Shown here: in pieces, positions 11,217 through 25,105 of the stretch
Position numbering within the stretch: position 1 is the first letter of the stretch
Layout of the letters: each line of letters begins with the position of its first letter
Assembly (NCBI RefSeq): GCF_006345805.1
Contig: NC_043002.1
Span: 5,828,001-5,892,000 of the forward strand
DNA length: 64,000 bases
Direction: 5' to 3'
From: Octopus sinensis
Lineage: Eukaryota
The notes under the pieces: generated by a model
The model's database searches: none
What the model was told of the DNA's origin: nothing
The model's input: the letters and a program-made list of their open reading frames with translations, nothing else
Translations under genes and position numbers: made by a program

Positions 11217-14200
11217 GTAAGTTGTATTTGAAACTCTTTGTTTGTTATTGTTGTTATTCAATATAGTGTCTATTTACCCCCCCCCCCCAAATTTTAATTC
11301 TACATCCTCTTGATGTGTGTCCACCAGCTTCTTGAATTGTTTCATTGATTTCAGCAGTGAAGTGGCCAGATGGCAACCCGAAGTGGTCAGTGTCTTGTGG
11401 GGGATAACTGACCTGTTGAGCATTATAGCAGATACATGATATTATCCTCATTTATGCAGATTAACTAATCTGTTCTGCCTTGGTCTGACCTCAACCTTTT
11501 TTGTATAAAACCCAAGCAATAATTCAATGGGTCCCTGTTACTCCCTTTCTTCATCTCTTCATGCCTCCTAATGCCCATTCAAATAAAATTAGCCCCTAGC
11601 TAAATAAAATGCAGATATATTAGGTGCCATTATATCTACATCAATCAACTGGTGAGCAATAACAAATGTGATTTGCTCCACCTCTCTTTTGCAGAAAGGT
11701 GACTACTCAAAAACAGCCGTATTAAATCACCATTGTCTTCATCATTGTTTTAGCCTCCACTCTTCTTCCATGCTTGCATGGGGCAGATGGAGATTTTGCA
11801 GCAGATTTTTTCATGGCTAGCTGCTCTTCCTGTTGCCAAACCCCATCTGTTTCCAAGCAAGGTAATACTTCTCCATTACTAGACATGTTTTTTTACATGA
11901 ACAGTTTTTGTGGAAACTGGGTTCTCGAGTTGGTCATTAAGCTCTGCAGTAATTTTGGGAGCTGTACTTTTGTGATCCTTTCTAACAATTCACATAAGAG
12001 TCTGATTGTCCCTATCTGAAAGTTTTGGTTTTCTTCCGGAGTTTTGTTTCAGTGAGGAGGTTTTTTTCCCTCTTTCTCAAAGGCTGTCATTACTTCCAAG
12101 ACAGTATTTCTTGATACACCAAACATTTTGGTTGTTTTTGTTATGCTAGTACCTGCCATACGAGCACCAACAATTTGATTTCTTTGAAAGTCCAATAGAT
12201 CTGTCATTTTATTGAATTTTAATTATCTTTTTTCTGAAGATATGTGAAAAGAAACAGCAATTTTAGCAAAACATATTAAACAACACTAATAATAAACCAA
12301 AAATAACATAAAAATAAATAAGCTTTTGATGGTTTTTATAGATATTTCAAAATTATGATGCTAGGTGTTTCCATTATTTTGTCCAACTCCTGTATATACA
12401 TATCTGTGTTAGCATGTATATATACATATATATGCACATACCCTACTATATTAAAATGGACATGCCGGATAATGTAGTCCTGGGTTTTCTGCAGATAGGA
12501 AAAGATGGAGTGGTCATGGCTGGAATGCCTTTCGTCCTAGGTCTGCTTAACATGGGCTGACCCAAAACTAAACAAAACAACAGTTATACAGAGACCCCTT
12601 TGTAGCTCATTTTAAAAATATGTTCTAGTTGTGTGGTTATGTAGCTAGGGTACCGTGCACTTTCGGCTCACGGAATTCTATGGCAAGGATTCCCTTCTGT
12701 ATTTGGAGACCACTTGATTTATAACTGTTGGGAATAGAAATGGAGTCCTTTGAAGTGTTGGTTGAGATCCTCATCATTTAACATCCCTTTTCTATGCTGG
12801 CATGGGGTGGATGGTTTGAGAACTGGTGAGCTGGGTAGCTGCACCCGGTTCCTGTTTGATTTGGCATGGTTTCTACTGCTGGATGCCTTTCCTAATGCCA
12901 ACCACTCCAAGAGTGTACTGAGTGCTTTTTATGTGCCACTGGCATGGGTGCCAGTTATGGAACACTGGGTCAACCACGACTGCGATCTCACTTGACTTGA
13001 CAGGTCTTCTCAAGCACAATATATTGCCAAAGGTCTCCGTCACTTGTCATTCCCTCCATGAGGCCCAAAGTTTGAAAGATGCTTTTTATGTGCCACTGGC
13101 ACAGGAGCCATTTATGCAATACAGGCATTGGCCATGACTACAATTTCACTTGGCTTGACGGAGCTTCTCTGACCGGTATATTCTCCAGATTAAAAATAAA
13201 ATTGAACTACTTCAAACTGAGGCATGAGTTCTAAGCATCACAGGACCTTCAGAACTGTTTTGGGCAGCCTCTATGTTGTTGCTCTTCCTGCTAGAAATAA
13301 CAACCAAATTTCTCTTAAATCACTCCCTACTATTGTTAAAAGGAAAAACAAAACAACCTCCCCCCACTCCTTCCTCCCCCCAAAATGGAAGGACACAGAG
13401 ATAAAATGTTGGATTGGCCATGGCTGGAATGCCTTTCATCATAAGTCTGTTTGATCAGAGACAAGAATTTTGATTGAAATTTTTTTTATTTTAGTTTCAG
13501 ATTCACAAAAAAACCCCAAAAAACAAAGCAAAAATCTAACATTCCAAAATAAACAAATAAAATAAATAAAATAGATTGAAATCTGGACGAAAAGTTTGAA
13601 TGAAAGAGATTAAAAAAAATTGAAATCCAAATTCCAACTCAAATAAATTTTTTTTTTTTTTTTTTTTACAAATTATTGAAATTCAAACTGATTAAAATTT
13701 TCAAGTCTTTATTAATTTATTTTATTGAATTTCGATCTGATATCAAATTTCAGAAAATTTTTCTTTTTTTTTTCCCCCATTCTTTTTACTTTATGAAAAC
13801 ATTCTCAATTTTATCAATTTGAATAATTTTTTTTAACTGATAAAATGTATGTTAAGTTGTATTAATTTTTTTAAAAATAATGTTTTCTCAGATTAAAAGA
13901 TGTGTTTGTTTTGGTTGGCTTTAGAATTGTGTTATGTGGAATGTGCAGTTGGTATACTGTTGTTAGATTTAATTTGAGTAGTGGCCCTCATCCATTGCCC
14001 AACCCAGAATCACCACTTGGTTTTAGAGTTTCTTCAGCAGAATCCATTCTATTCAAAGCATTGATAGGGATTCAGTAAAACAGGTACTAGAGAAGGCTTT
14101 GATATCCTTTCCACTAAAACCCTTGAAAGGGGTATCCCTGTCAGTCACATGACCATAGTTCAATGCCTGAAACTGGTAGATAAATAAGGGGCCTCTCCAC

Positions 14201-14304
14201 TGCTCCCTCAAAAAACAGATTTGGCAATTCTATTAGATATCTTTATCTTGTTTCAGTCAATAGACTGTAGCTATACTGGGGCACGGCCTTGGGGAATTTA
14301 TTTA

Positions 14305-14936
14305 AACTGCCACCGGCATAGAAGCCAGTCAAGGTGGCACTGGCATCGGCCACATTCGGATGTTGCTTTTTATGTACCACTGGCACAGGGCTCACAACTA
14401 CAATTTCCATTTGGTATTTATTTTGATGTTGATGTTGATGTACTTGACTTAATAGGTCTCCTCAAGCACGGCAGGTCATGTGCCACCGGCACAGAAGCCA
14501 GTCAAGGCGGTGCTGGCATTGGCCACGTTCGGATGGTGCTTTTTATGTGCCACCGGCACAGGTATCACAATTACAATTTCCATTTGGTATTTATTTATTT
14601 TACATCAACATCAAAATAAATATCAAATGGAAATTGTAATTGTGATACCTGTGCCGGTGGCACATAAAAAGCACCACCTGAACGTAGCTGATGCCAGCAC
14701 CGCCTTGACTGGCTTCTGTGCCGGTGACATGTAAAAAGCACCAACTGATCGTGGCTGCTGCCAGCCTCCCCTGGCACGTAAAAAGCACCCACTACACTCT
14801 CGGAGTGGTTGGCGTTAGGAAGGGCATCCAGCTGTAGAAACACTGCCAAATCAGACTAGAGCCTGGTGCAGCCATTTGGTTCACCAGCCCTCAGTCTAAT
14901 TGAGGAAAACGGACATTAAATGATGATGATGATGAT
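14305..14936. mobile_element. RTE 3' end insertion with an inverted (foldback) 5' duplication
   Basis: Plus-strand copy 14613-14936 ends in (GAT)n; 14477-14600 is its reverse complement; a further minus-strand module carries the ORF end gtgcttgaggagaccta at about 14450-14470. Confidence 0.8.
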
Positions 14937-15276
14937 GAATTGACCCTACTACTTATCTTCTTTTTAAGCCTGGTACCTATTCCATCGGTCACTTTTGCTG
15001 AACTGCTAAGTTACAGGGGCGTTACTGCTAAGTTTGGTGCTAAGTTATTGCTAAGTTTGGTGACTTAGTGTTGATACACTAAGTCACCAAACGGTGGAGG
15101 AGGACAGCCACAGACACAAAGACACACATATACGACGGGCTTCTTTCAGTTTCCATCAATCAAATCCTCTCACAAGACTTTTGTTGACTTGAGGCTATAG
15201 TAGAAGACACTTGCCCAAGGTGCCACACAGTAGGAGTATAAACCCTGAAAGCATGTGGTTGGGAAGCAAACTTCTT

Positions 15277-15498
15277 ATTTCTTTACTACCCACAAGGGGC
15301 TAAACATAGAGGGGACAAACAAGGACATTAAGTCGATTACATTGACCCCAGTGCGTAACTGGTACTTAATTTATCAACCCCGAAAGGATGAAAGGCAAAG
15401 TCGACCTCAGTGGAATTTGAACTCAGAACATCACGGCAGGTGAAATACCGGTAAGCATTTTGCCCAGCGTGCTAACGATTCTGCCAGCTCACTGCCTT
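15277..15498 (-). mobile_element. SINE family B nested in a CORE-SINE
   Basis: TSD gggaagcaaacttctt (15261-15276) / gggaagcgaacttctt (15499-15514). Confidence 0.85.
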
Positions 15499-16061
15499 GG
15501 GAAGCGAACTTCTTGCCACTCAGCCATACCTGCACCTGATTTGATTAAAATATTTCAGTTTCTTCAGAATTGTTGCTAAAATGATGCCAAATTTTTTCAT
15601 CTCCTGTTTCAGTCATTGAATTGGGGCCATTGTAAGGCACTGGATTAAAGTGTTTTAGTTCAATGAAATCCAATTCTTAATTGAAAAAAAAAATCTGGTA
15701 CTTATTCTATCAATCTCTTCTGCCAAACCACTGAGTTATAGGTATGCAAACACACCAGCATTAATTCTTAAGTGGTGTGTGTGTGTAAAATGTGTGTGTG
15801 TGTGTGTTTAAAAAAAGGCAGATAAAAGTAGACACAAGGATTGCATTTACATGGATAACTGCCTATTCAAATCCTGTTTATGGTCCTTCAAGATGAAGTG
15901 GAGGGAGCACAGTGTAAGCTATGAACGCACAAGAGATGTAGTGGAATCCAAAGTGGATTAGCAGAGGACATAAGCTTCATATGTGATGGATGTACTCGAG
16001 TAGGACATACTATGAATACATTTTGTGTGTGTGTGTGTATATGTATATATATATATATATC

Positions 16062-16362
16062 ACCGTGATAGACCAGGCTATCAGATGTTGCTACACATTG
16101 CTGGTCACAAAGCGCTTCGCATTGTTTTAGCCTTCAAATGACGCCATCTCGCTGGCTAAGCGAGCAGGCCAACAGAAGAAAGAGTGAGAGAATGTTGGAG
16201 CAAAAGAGTACAACAGGGGGTCGCCACCACCCCCTGCTGGAGCCTCGTGGAGCTTTAAGTGTTTTTGCTCAATAAACACTCACAACGCCCGGTCTGGGAA
16301 TTGAAACTGCGATCCTACGACCGCGAGTCCACTGCCCTAACCACTGGGCCATTGCGCCTCCA
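16062..16362 (-). mobile_element. tRNA-derived SINE, family D, tail variant 2
   Basis: Same head as 3130-3545; tail gctcgcttagccagc...catctgatagcctggtc, shared with the plus-strand copy at 18304-18612. Confidence 0.8.
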
Positions 16363-18303
16363 CACACACACACATATATATGTGTGGGGTGGCTGACACA
16401 CACACACACACACTCACAAAGGTTTCCACACAGTTTCTGGCTACCAAATTTAGTCATGGGGTATTGGTTGATCTGGAGGCAGGACTGAACCAGAAACCAA
16501 GTGATCGTGAAGGGAGCTTCTTAACCACACAGTCATGCCTGTGCCTAAATGTTGAAAAAGTTCAAGAAATCTATTGATTTTGCTGCTGAGATTAAATGAA
16601 ATTTAAAACAAAAAAATTACAAAGCAAATACGAAATATATTTCTGAGTGAGAAGTAACTCCCTTAGAAGAACTGTGTGGGGGTTTTATTTGTTGTTTCTT
16701 TTTATTGTTTAGCCCTCAGGCCAGGCTTGATCAAGCAGTAGACCTATGGTCAAAGACCTACCAACCATAACCGTTCCTTTTTTTCTTGCAGGCATGTACA
16801 TATTTTACCTTAGATCTGTTCTAATCAAGCATACTTATAGCCAAAGGCATTCTAGTAATGACCATTCTGTCTTTTTGTTTCCAGTGCGCCTGAAGCCCAG
16901 ACCACATTGTCCTACGTGTTCTTTTCTGACACAGTGGCACGTAAAAGGGCACCATTCAAGCACGATCGTTACCAATGTCGCCTTACTGGCACCTGTGCTG
17001 GTGGTATGTGTAAAAGGATTTGAGCGAGGTCGTTGCCAGTACCACCTAACTGGCCCTCATGCCAGTGGTACATAAAAGCACCCACTAAACTCTCAGAGTG
17101 GTTGGTGTTAGGAAGGGCATCCAGCTGTAGAAACTCTGCCAGATCAAGACTGGAGCCTGGTGTAGCCTCCTGGCTTCCCAGACCCCGGTCGAACCATCCA
17201 ACCCATGCCAGCATGGTAAACGGACGTTAAACGATGATGATGATCTGAGGTGAATTCTGCTGATATTTCAGCAGATTGGGCAAACCACGAAGAAGTTCTT
17301 TTATCAATCTATCAGGTCTATGGATTATTAGGTGGGAGTTTAATCCATCCATGAGTTTGGACTTTTTTGCTAGCATGGGTCCAACCCATGCTAGCATGGA
17401 AAGCAGACGTTAAACGATGATAATGATGATGATGAGTCTATTACAGAGTGGAGAGTGACAGAATGTTTATGGTTGGAATGACTTTGATCTTAGATCTGGT
17501 CTACTTGACCAGGTCTGGTTTAGGGTTAAACGACATTTCATCCTGTCCTGTTTTCTCTTTTACAAGTGTGTGGGTTAAATGTTTGATCGAAGGGTAACTT
17601 AGCTCAATGCACTGCTTTTTACTGGAGCAATCCATCAGTGATGGTTTATTCCTCTTTTCCCTCCTGTTAGTCTTGGAGACTCCTGCAAAGATATTGTATG
17701 CTTTGCCTGTCTCATTAAGACACGCCACCTCTTAGAAAAAAATAAAACAGAACAAACAACCCCTTGTGGAAGGGCCTATTTTAGTCATTCAGAAAATATA
17801 TATGCAAAACTGTTATAATCATCCTTTATATTGTGAAAAGGCGGCGAGCAGGCAGAAAGGTTTGCGCACCGGACGAGATGCGTAGCCGTATTTCGTCTGC
17901 CGTTACGTTCTGAGTTCAAATTCCGCCGAGGTTGACTTTGCCTTTCATCCTTTCGGGGTCGATAAATTAAGTACCAGTTACGCACTGGGATCGATGTAAT
18001 CGACTTAGTACCTTTGTCCTTGTTTGTCCCCTCTGTGTTTAGCCCCTTGTGGGTAATTATGAAATATATATTGTGAAGTGTTGACATTTTCGTTACACCA
18101 CTGCATACAACTGCAGTTGAATTTCTGTGAGTGGCCAGGTCACAATGGGACACACCACAAAATGGATGAAATGTGAATGTAATTGTTTCAGTGTGTTTTT
18201 AGATAGTTCTTCCGCAATGTAACTGCTTTTTAACTTCAACATATAATCTCAGATCAAGTCACATGCCAAACATACAAATTAAATATATATATATATATGT
18301 GTA

Positions 18304-18612
18304 TGTGGAGGCACAATGGCCCAGTGGTTAGGGCAGCGGACTCACAGTCATAGGATCGTGGTTTCGATTCCCTGACTGGGCGTTGTGAGTGTTTATTGAG
18401 CAAAAAACACTTAAAGCTCCACGAGACTCTGGCAGGGGGTGGTGGCGATCCCTGCTGTACTCCTTCGCCGCAACTTTCTCTCACTCTTTCTTCTGTTGGC
18501 TTGCTCGCTTAGCCAGCAGGGTGGTGTCATTTGAAGGCTAAAGCAATGCGAAGCGCATTGTGACCAGCGATGTGTAACAACATCTGATAGCCTGGTCGGT
18601 CACAGTGATCAT
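18304..18612 (+). mobile_element. tRNA-derived SINE, family D, tail variant 2
   Basis: gtggaggcacaatggcccagtggttagggcag...ggtttcgattccc head; inserted in (TA)n. Confidence 0.8.
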
Positions 18613-18906
18613 GGTGATATATATATATATATATATATATCATCATCATCATCATCATCATTTAGCGTCCGCTTTCCATGCTAGCATGGATTGGACGGTT
18701 CAACTGGGGTCTGTGAAACCAGAAGGCTGCATCAGGCCCAGTCCGATCTGGCAGTGTTTCTACGGCTGGATGCCCTTCCTAACACCAACCACTCCGTGAG
18801 TGTAGTGGGTGCTTTTTATGTGCCACCTGCACAGGTGCCAAACGGAGCTGGCAAACGGCCACGGACGGATGGTGCTTTTTACGTGCCACCGGCACGGGGG
18901 CCAGGC

Positions 18907-18948
<42 letters not shown>

Positions 18949-20039
18949 ATATATATATATGTATGTATATCCGGTGTGTCCTGCCTTTTTTTAAAGGTAG
19001 TATTGTATGTTATGAAGGGAATCTGGTTGCTATTTCTAGCCAGTTGAGCAACTGCATACGAAGCATTTCTCCCATTGCCTTGTTTGTGTTTCTGTTTGAC
19101 AATGAAGTTGTTGTTGTTGTTGTCGTTGTTTTCAATTTCCAGTGTTGGATGTGTTAGCTCGCTCGTTTGTCGCGGCTGATTGATCTAAAAGCCTTCTGTT
19201 TTGTTTTTCTATCTCGCTCAATCAGTTGTAATTTTTTTTTATTACATTTATACAGGTGATGGAGCATCGTTTCATCTTGCTCTCTTTCTATTTGTTTTAC
19301 TCTCTGCATTTTCTTAATTCCAGCTCTACAAATGCTGCCGGTAGAAATGGGCGGGGAGAACGGGCGAACGGGAGGGGGTTAAACTTCTATGAGAATGTTG
19401 AAATCTGTCATTGCTTTGCTTGTTAGTGTGTGTGTACGTGTGCTGTATGTGTGTGCTGTGTGCATGTTGGTCGGGTGGATGGGTTTCAGTGCTGTTGTTT
19501 TGCGTACGGTGCCGGTAACACACCATTAACACATTGTTTATATCCACGTATTGTGTTGTGCGTGCGTGTGTATTACATTCATGTATTGTCTGTGTGTTTG
19601 TACTTGCATAGTGTCTGTGTGTTTGCGTACTCTGTTCCTGTATTGTGTGTGTGTGTGTCTTTGATTTGTGTTGAGTGCATGGCCATATGTTCTATGTGTG
19701 TGCTTGTGCCTCTGTATTGTCTGTTTCTATTTGTCTTTGTATTATGTGTGTGTTTGTGTGTTTGCGTTCATGGGGAATGCTGCGGAGATTTAAGCATCAA
19801 AGACAAATGTTGAAATTTGTCATCGATGGCTGTTAGTGTATGCTGCATGTTACTGCTGCTGGTGCTGAGTGGTGGTTGCGTTTAGTGGTGGTTGTGTGTT
19901 GTTTGTTATTTAACAAACACCATCAGTTGTGTATATATGTGTGTATATATACATTGGGGTTTATGAGTCATTACGGTGTGCCACTGGACCCCCTATATTC
20001 TGCACAGTTTTATTACCTTAACCTAGCAGAGAGCACAAA

Positions 20040-20433
20040 GCACCCCTCTCTCCCCTTCTCTCTCTCTCTCTCTCTTTCTCCCCCCCCCCTCTCTCTCTCT
20101 CTCTCTCCCTGACGTGTGTCAACATCATTTCAAAAAAGATCACAGCAACCCCGGACTATTTGTGCTTACATTACAATCAATTCACTTCAGCTGTTGTTGT
20201 TGTTGCTGTTGGTGTTGGTGTTGTTGTCACTGTTAAGCTTGCTGTTTGTTCTCCGAATCCCACAACACGCCACACATATTATAATCCCACCCCTAATAAA
20301 TTTGTACCAGGGTGATGATGACGATGATGATGCTGTTGTTGTTGGTAGTGAATAATCTGTTTTGTGTGCAGTTGTTTTGGTGCTCAGAAGCTGCCATCAA
20401 GTTGCAAGTGCAAACAAAATGCCCCGTTTTTCT

Positions 20434-20477
<44 letters not shown>

Positions 20478-20830
20478 AAAACCTCTCCCTACCACACACT
20501 CACTGCATGCACACACAATCTGAATACACACACACATATATATATATATATACATATATATATCTCCTCATGCACAAATACTATCTTTTCACTCGCTCAT
20601 GCTCTCTCTCTGTGTCTCCCACATACTCATTCTCTCTCTCTCTCTTTGCTCATTATGGTGTCTCTTTCTTTCTCTCTCTCTCTCTCTTGATTCACACAAT
20701 CAACTTTCTCATGCACCCACTCTCTTTCTACACAATCTCTCTCTCTCTACACACACAGATTTTCTCTACTTACACATTCCCCTCATACACTCTCTGTCTC
20801 TCAAAACATAGACTCTCTCTCTCTCTCTTA

Positions 20831-20861
<31 letters not shown>

Positions 20862-20920
20862 TCTCTCTCTCTCCCTCTCCCTCTCTCTCTCTCTCTCTAC
20901 ACTTACACACACAACTCTAA
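20040..20920. repeat. Compound (CT)n/(CA)n/(TA)n microsatellite and low-complexity tract
   Basis: Long CT runs; similar tracts at about 21100-21190 (GA), 39150-39500 and 40890-41200. Confidence 0.9.
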
Positions 20921-21119
20921 CTCTCGCCATCACCATCACACTTTATTATTATCGCACCTCCTCCATCCCTCAGCCTTTCTCTCTCAAATGAAGTCCATTG
21001 TGACCTCCCCGCCTCCACTTCCTGGAACTGGTTTTGGCTTTGGTTTTGTTTGTTGATCTCTTTATTTTAAGGGCTGGAATGGGGTGAGTGTCTACAGGGA
21101 GAAAAATGTGTGTGTGTGT

Positions 21120-21178
<59 letters not shown>

Positions 21179-21997
21179 TGTACAGGAAGGGAAGAAGCTG
21201 CCATGACTTTGGTGCTGTTACTTAATGTCAAAGGTTGTTTGGGTGGAGCTGTTCTGGCCATTAATTTTCTTAGGTGGAGGTCATATTTGGATGCAAGTTG
21301 CGGGGTGGGGGGAGAGGTAATATGAGTAAGAACGGTGGTAGCAGTGACATATTTGGAAGGTGGGTTAGAAGTGAAACTGCCGTCAACCTTTGCTGCCGTA
21401 TACAGGTCAGCAGTTGTTGTTTAGCCTCCAGGTCATCCCTGATTGAACAGGGCCTGTGATCAAATGCATTCCAACTATGACTATCCTGTCTTTTTAATTC
21501 TTTCAAGCATCATGGAGCTGGTGCTACATTATTTAATATAGTACTAGGTAAAAATTTTGAGGCAGTAGGTATGATTCAGAAAGTCATCATCATCATCGTT
21601 TGACGTCTGCTTTCCATGCTAGCATGGGTTGGACGAATGACTGAGGTCTGGCGAACCAGATGGCTGCACCAGGCTCAAGTCTTGATTTGGCAGAGTTTCT
21701 ACGGCTGGATACCCTTCCTAACGCCAACCACTCTGTGAGTGTAGTGGGGGATTTTTACATGCCACCGGCACGGGGAGGGGGGGCAGTCAGGCGGTACTGG
21801 CAACGACCTCTTTCGAATCCTTTTACACATGCCACCAGCACAGGTGCCAGTAAGGTGACGTTTTGGTTGATATTTCTAGCAAGTCAAGCAACCATGTAGA
21901 GTCTCCCTTGTTGGCTCCGATAGACTGAAGGTTGTGTTTCGATGTGGCTGTTATGGCCCCCTGTTTTTAGTGATGTTAGTGGTTAGGGAGTAGTGAA

Positions 21998-22335
21998 GAT
22001 GCATGGCTCAGTGGTTAAAGCATTGGGCTCACAATCATGGGGTAGTGAGTTCGATTCCCGGACTGGGCTGTGTGTTATGTTCTTTAACAAGGTGCTTTAT
22101 TTCACATCACTCCTGTTCACTCAGCTGTAGAAAGGAGTTGCAGCATCACAAGTGCCAAGCTGTATTAGCCTTTGCCTTTCCCTTGGATGACATCAGTGGT
22201 GTGAAGAGGAGAGGCTGGTATGCATGGGTGACTTCTATAAAACAATCTTCTATAAAACAATCTTACCCAGACTTGTGCCTCAGAGGGGAACTTTCTAGGT
22301 GCATGCCATGGTCATTCTTGACCAAGGGGATCTTT
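21998..22335 (+). mobile_element. tRNA-derived CORE-like SINE, family E
   Basis: gcatggctcagtggtt...gagttcga-tcccggactgggctg head; second, less decayed copy at about 46530-46865. Confidence 0.75.
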
Positions 22336-23574
22336 ACTCAGTGGTCAGAGTAATATGTTGTGAAGTGGTGATATATGTTGTTTGGCCATCAGTCAGGTCA
22401 GGTCTGACCAAGCAGACCTATGACGGGTGTTCCATCCATGGCCTTCATACAATCTCTTTCAACCTGGACATATAATATACCTCAGAAGACATCCAATATC
22501 TCCTCCTTTTTTTTAAAGATAGAAAAATGTGATTTGAGGGAGATTTGGTTGTTATTTCAGATATGATTGAACAGACCTATGACCGCAAGTGCTTTACACA
22601 TTAACCTGCTCTAAGTACAATGTATCTAGGGCTACATTAGCTAATGTGGTTGTCCTCTCCTTTTTAAAGTCAGCAGGAGGTGTTATGAGGGGAAATTTGA
22701 CTGTTTTCTTAAGCAGGCTGTTGTTGTTTAGCCCTGATGGAGCAAATCAAATAAGGCTAATCTAATCTCTTTCTTTTGTTTTGCATTTACATCATCCATG
22801 CTAGCATGGGTTGGACGGTTCGACCGGGGTCTGGGGAGCCAGGAGGCTGCACCAGGCTCCAGTCTGATCTGGCAGTGTTTCTACAGCTGGATGCCCTTCC
22901 TAACGCCAACCACTCCGTGAATGTAGTGGGTGCTTTTTACGTGCCACCGGCACAGGGGCCGGGGAGGGGGGGGGCTGGCAACGGCCACGATCAGTTGGTG
23001 CTTTTTGCATGCCACTGGCACGGAAGCCAGTCAAGGTGGTGCTGGCATCGACCACATACGGATGGTGCTTTTTGCGTACCACTGGCACAGGTGCCTTGGG
23101 AGGCTGCCAACGGCCACGATCAGTTGGTGGTTTTTACGTGTCACCAACACGGAAGCCAGTCAAGGCGGCGCTGGCATCGACCACATACGGATGGTGCTTT
23201 TTACATTTGTTGATATTTCCCTCTACTTGCTTTTTCTATCTTATTACTATTGTTTAGCTCTCTCTTTCTTTTTCCTTTGGGGGCAGGGATCTATTTTTAT
23301 ATACCCCACCCCCCACTCCAACTTTATCCATCCTTTATGAAGTCTTTTTGTTTTCTTTTTCTCCACAATACCTTTCCTTGATCCTATCCAATTTCTTCTT
23401 TCTTTCCCACTTTCTCTCTCTTACTGTTACTTTCTGTCTCACTTTCACCCCTCTTTTTTCACTTTTCCTCTATCTCCCACTTCATTTTCTCTCTCCAAAT
23501 TCTTTGACTATTTTCTTCCCTTATTCTCATCACTGTGTTCTTTTCTCACTGTCATTTTCTCCTTGCATTCTAGC

Positions 23575-24366
23575 AGTTAGTATGCTTCGCTGGATGTACA
23601 GTGTCAGTGTGCATGTACAAGAGAGTGTAAGTGTCTTGAGAGAAAAGCTGGGGCATAAGGGGCATCAGATGTGGTGTACAAGAGATGGCTGTGTTGGTAT
23701 GGTCGTGTGATGCGGATGAATGTTGACAGCTGTTTGAAGAAGTGCTGATCTCTAACTGGAGGGAAGCAGTGGAAGAAGGAGACCCAGGAAGACATGGGAT
23801 GAGGTGGTGAAGCATGACCTTCAAACATTGGGCCTCACGGAGCCAATGACCTGTGACTGAGACTATTGGCGATATGCTATGCTTGAGAAGACCTGTCAAG
23901 CCAAATTAAATCATTGTTGGTGTCACATAACTCATGCATGTGCTTGTGGCACGTAAAGAGCACCTTTTTGAGCATTGGGCCTCATGGAGGCCATATGGCT
24001 GATGTTGGTGTTGTGGAACAAGCACCCATGCTAGTGACATGTAAAAAGCACCTTTTGAGTGTTGGGCCTCATGGAGATAATGACAGATGGCCGAGACCTT
24101 TGGCAATATGCTGTGCTTGAGAAGAAACACCCATCAAACCAAATGAGATCATAGTTGTGACATGCTGGTGTCACACAACTGGCACCTGTGCTGGTGGCAC
24201 ACAAAGGTGCCCATTACACTTTTGGAGTAGTTGGCTTTAGGAAGGGCATCCAGCTGTAGGAACCATGCTGAATCAGACTGGAGTCTGGTGTAACCCCTCA
24301 GCTTACCAACCCCTAGTCAAACCATCCAACCCATGACAGCATGGACAACAGACATTAAATGATGAT
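23575..24366 (+). mobile_element. RTE LINE 3' fragment linking the ORF2 C-terminus to the 3'UTR and (GAT)n tail
   Basis: Translates SVSVLREKLG..., WLCWYGRVMRMNVDSCLKK, GRRRPRKTWDEVVKHDLQTLGLTE...YWRYAMLEKT; continues into aggaagggcatccagctgtag...ccatgacagcatgg...gatgatga. Confidence 0.82.
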
Positions 24367-24991
24367 GACCATTCTGTTCCCTCTCATTCTTCTCTCATTT
24401 GCTTCCTTTTCTCGCTTTCTTCAATCTCTGTTATTTATATTCTTTAGTTCCATCCTTTCTTCTTCATTCCTTCCTCATTCAATTAATTGGACTATCTGCT
24501 CATTGAATCATAATATAAATGGCCAAGTATTCCACAGACAGTTGTACCTTTTAACATAAATCCTTCAACAGAATCAGTGTTGATGCTGTATACGGCCTTC
24601 AAGACTTGACTTTCAGATCACGGGTCCAGTCAGTCTGAAATAGTCTCACACAGTTTTCATCTACCTAGTTTTATGCACAAGATTTGTTTTGAATTTCAGT
24701 TATGGTAAAAAAAGATTTAACCTTAAGAAACTTTTACAAACTCTACAGTCAAACATTTTGACAGTTTCTGTTTCATTATGATTTGTTATTTAAATTCATC
24801 ATTATTTCTTCGATTTTCCTTTCCCTTTTTATTGTGTACTATCCATTATATCTGTACTACTACCACTACTAAAACAACCCCGGTTGAACCGTCTAACCCA
24901 TGCTAGCATGGAAAGCGAACGTTAAACGATGATGATGATGATGATACTTATTGATTTTATCTCTATCTTTCTCTCTCTCTCTCTTCTTCAG

Positions 24992-25105
24992 TGGAAATAC
25001 GATTACTTGACTTGTACATATTTCCTTCTCCTTGAGAAAAAAAGGAAAGGCCAGCCTCTCCGCCTCTACGATGCCCGACCCTTGCTTCTACCTTTACAAC
25101 CCAAG
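24992..25105 (+). CDS. MELK: MELK exon, UBA domain C-part (WKYDYLTCTYFLLLEKKRKGQPLRLYDARPLLLPLQPK)
   Basis: (CT)n-cag acceptor, gtaagt donor at 25106; 114 nt, phase 0/0; resembles MELK 'WQYDHLTATYLLLLAKKARGKPVRL'. Confidence 0.93.

Noticed and set aside
18304-18380. tRNA-like sequences (also at about 3470-3545, 6476-6560, 46530-46600, 54765-54830)
   Set aside because: Each continues into a repeated SINE body, several with TSDs; no complete cloverleaf with an acceptor stem. They are SINE heads, not tRNA genes.
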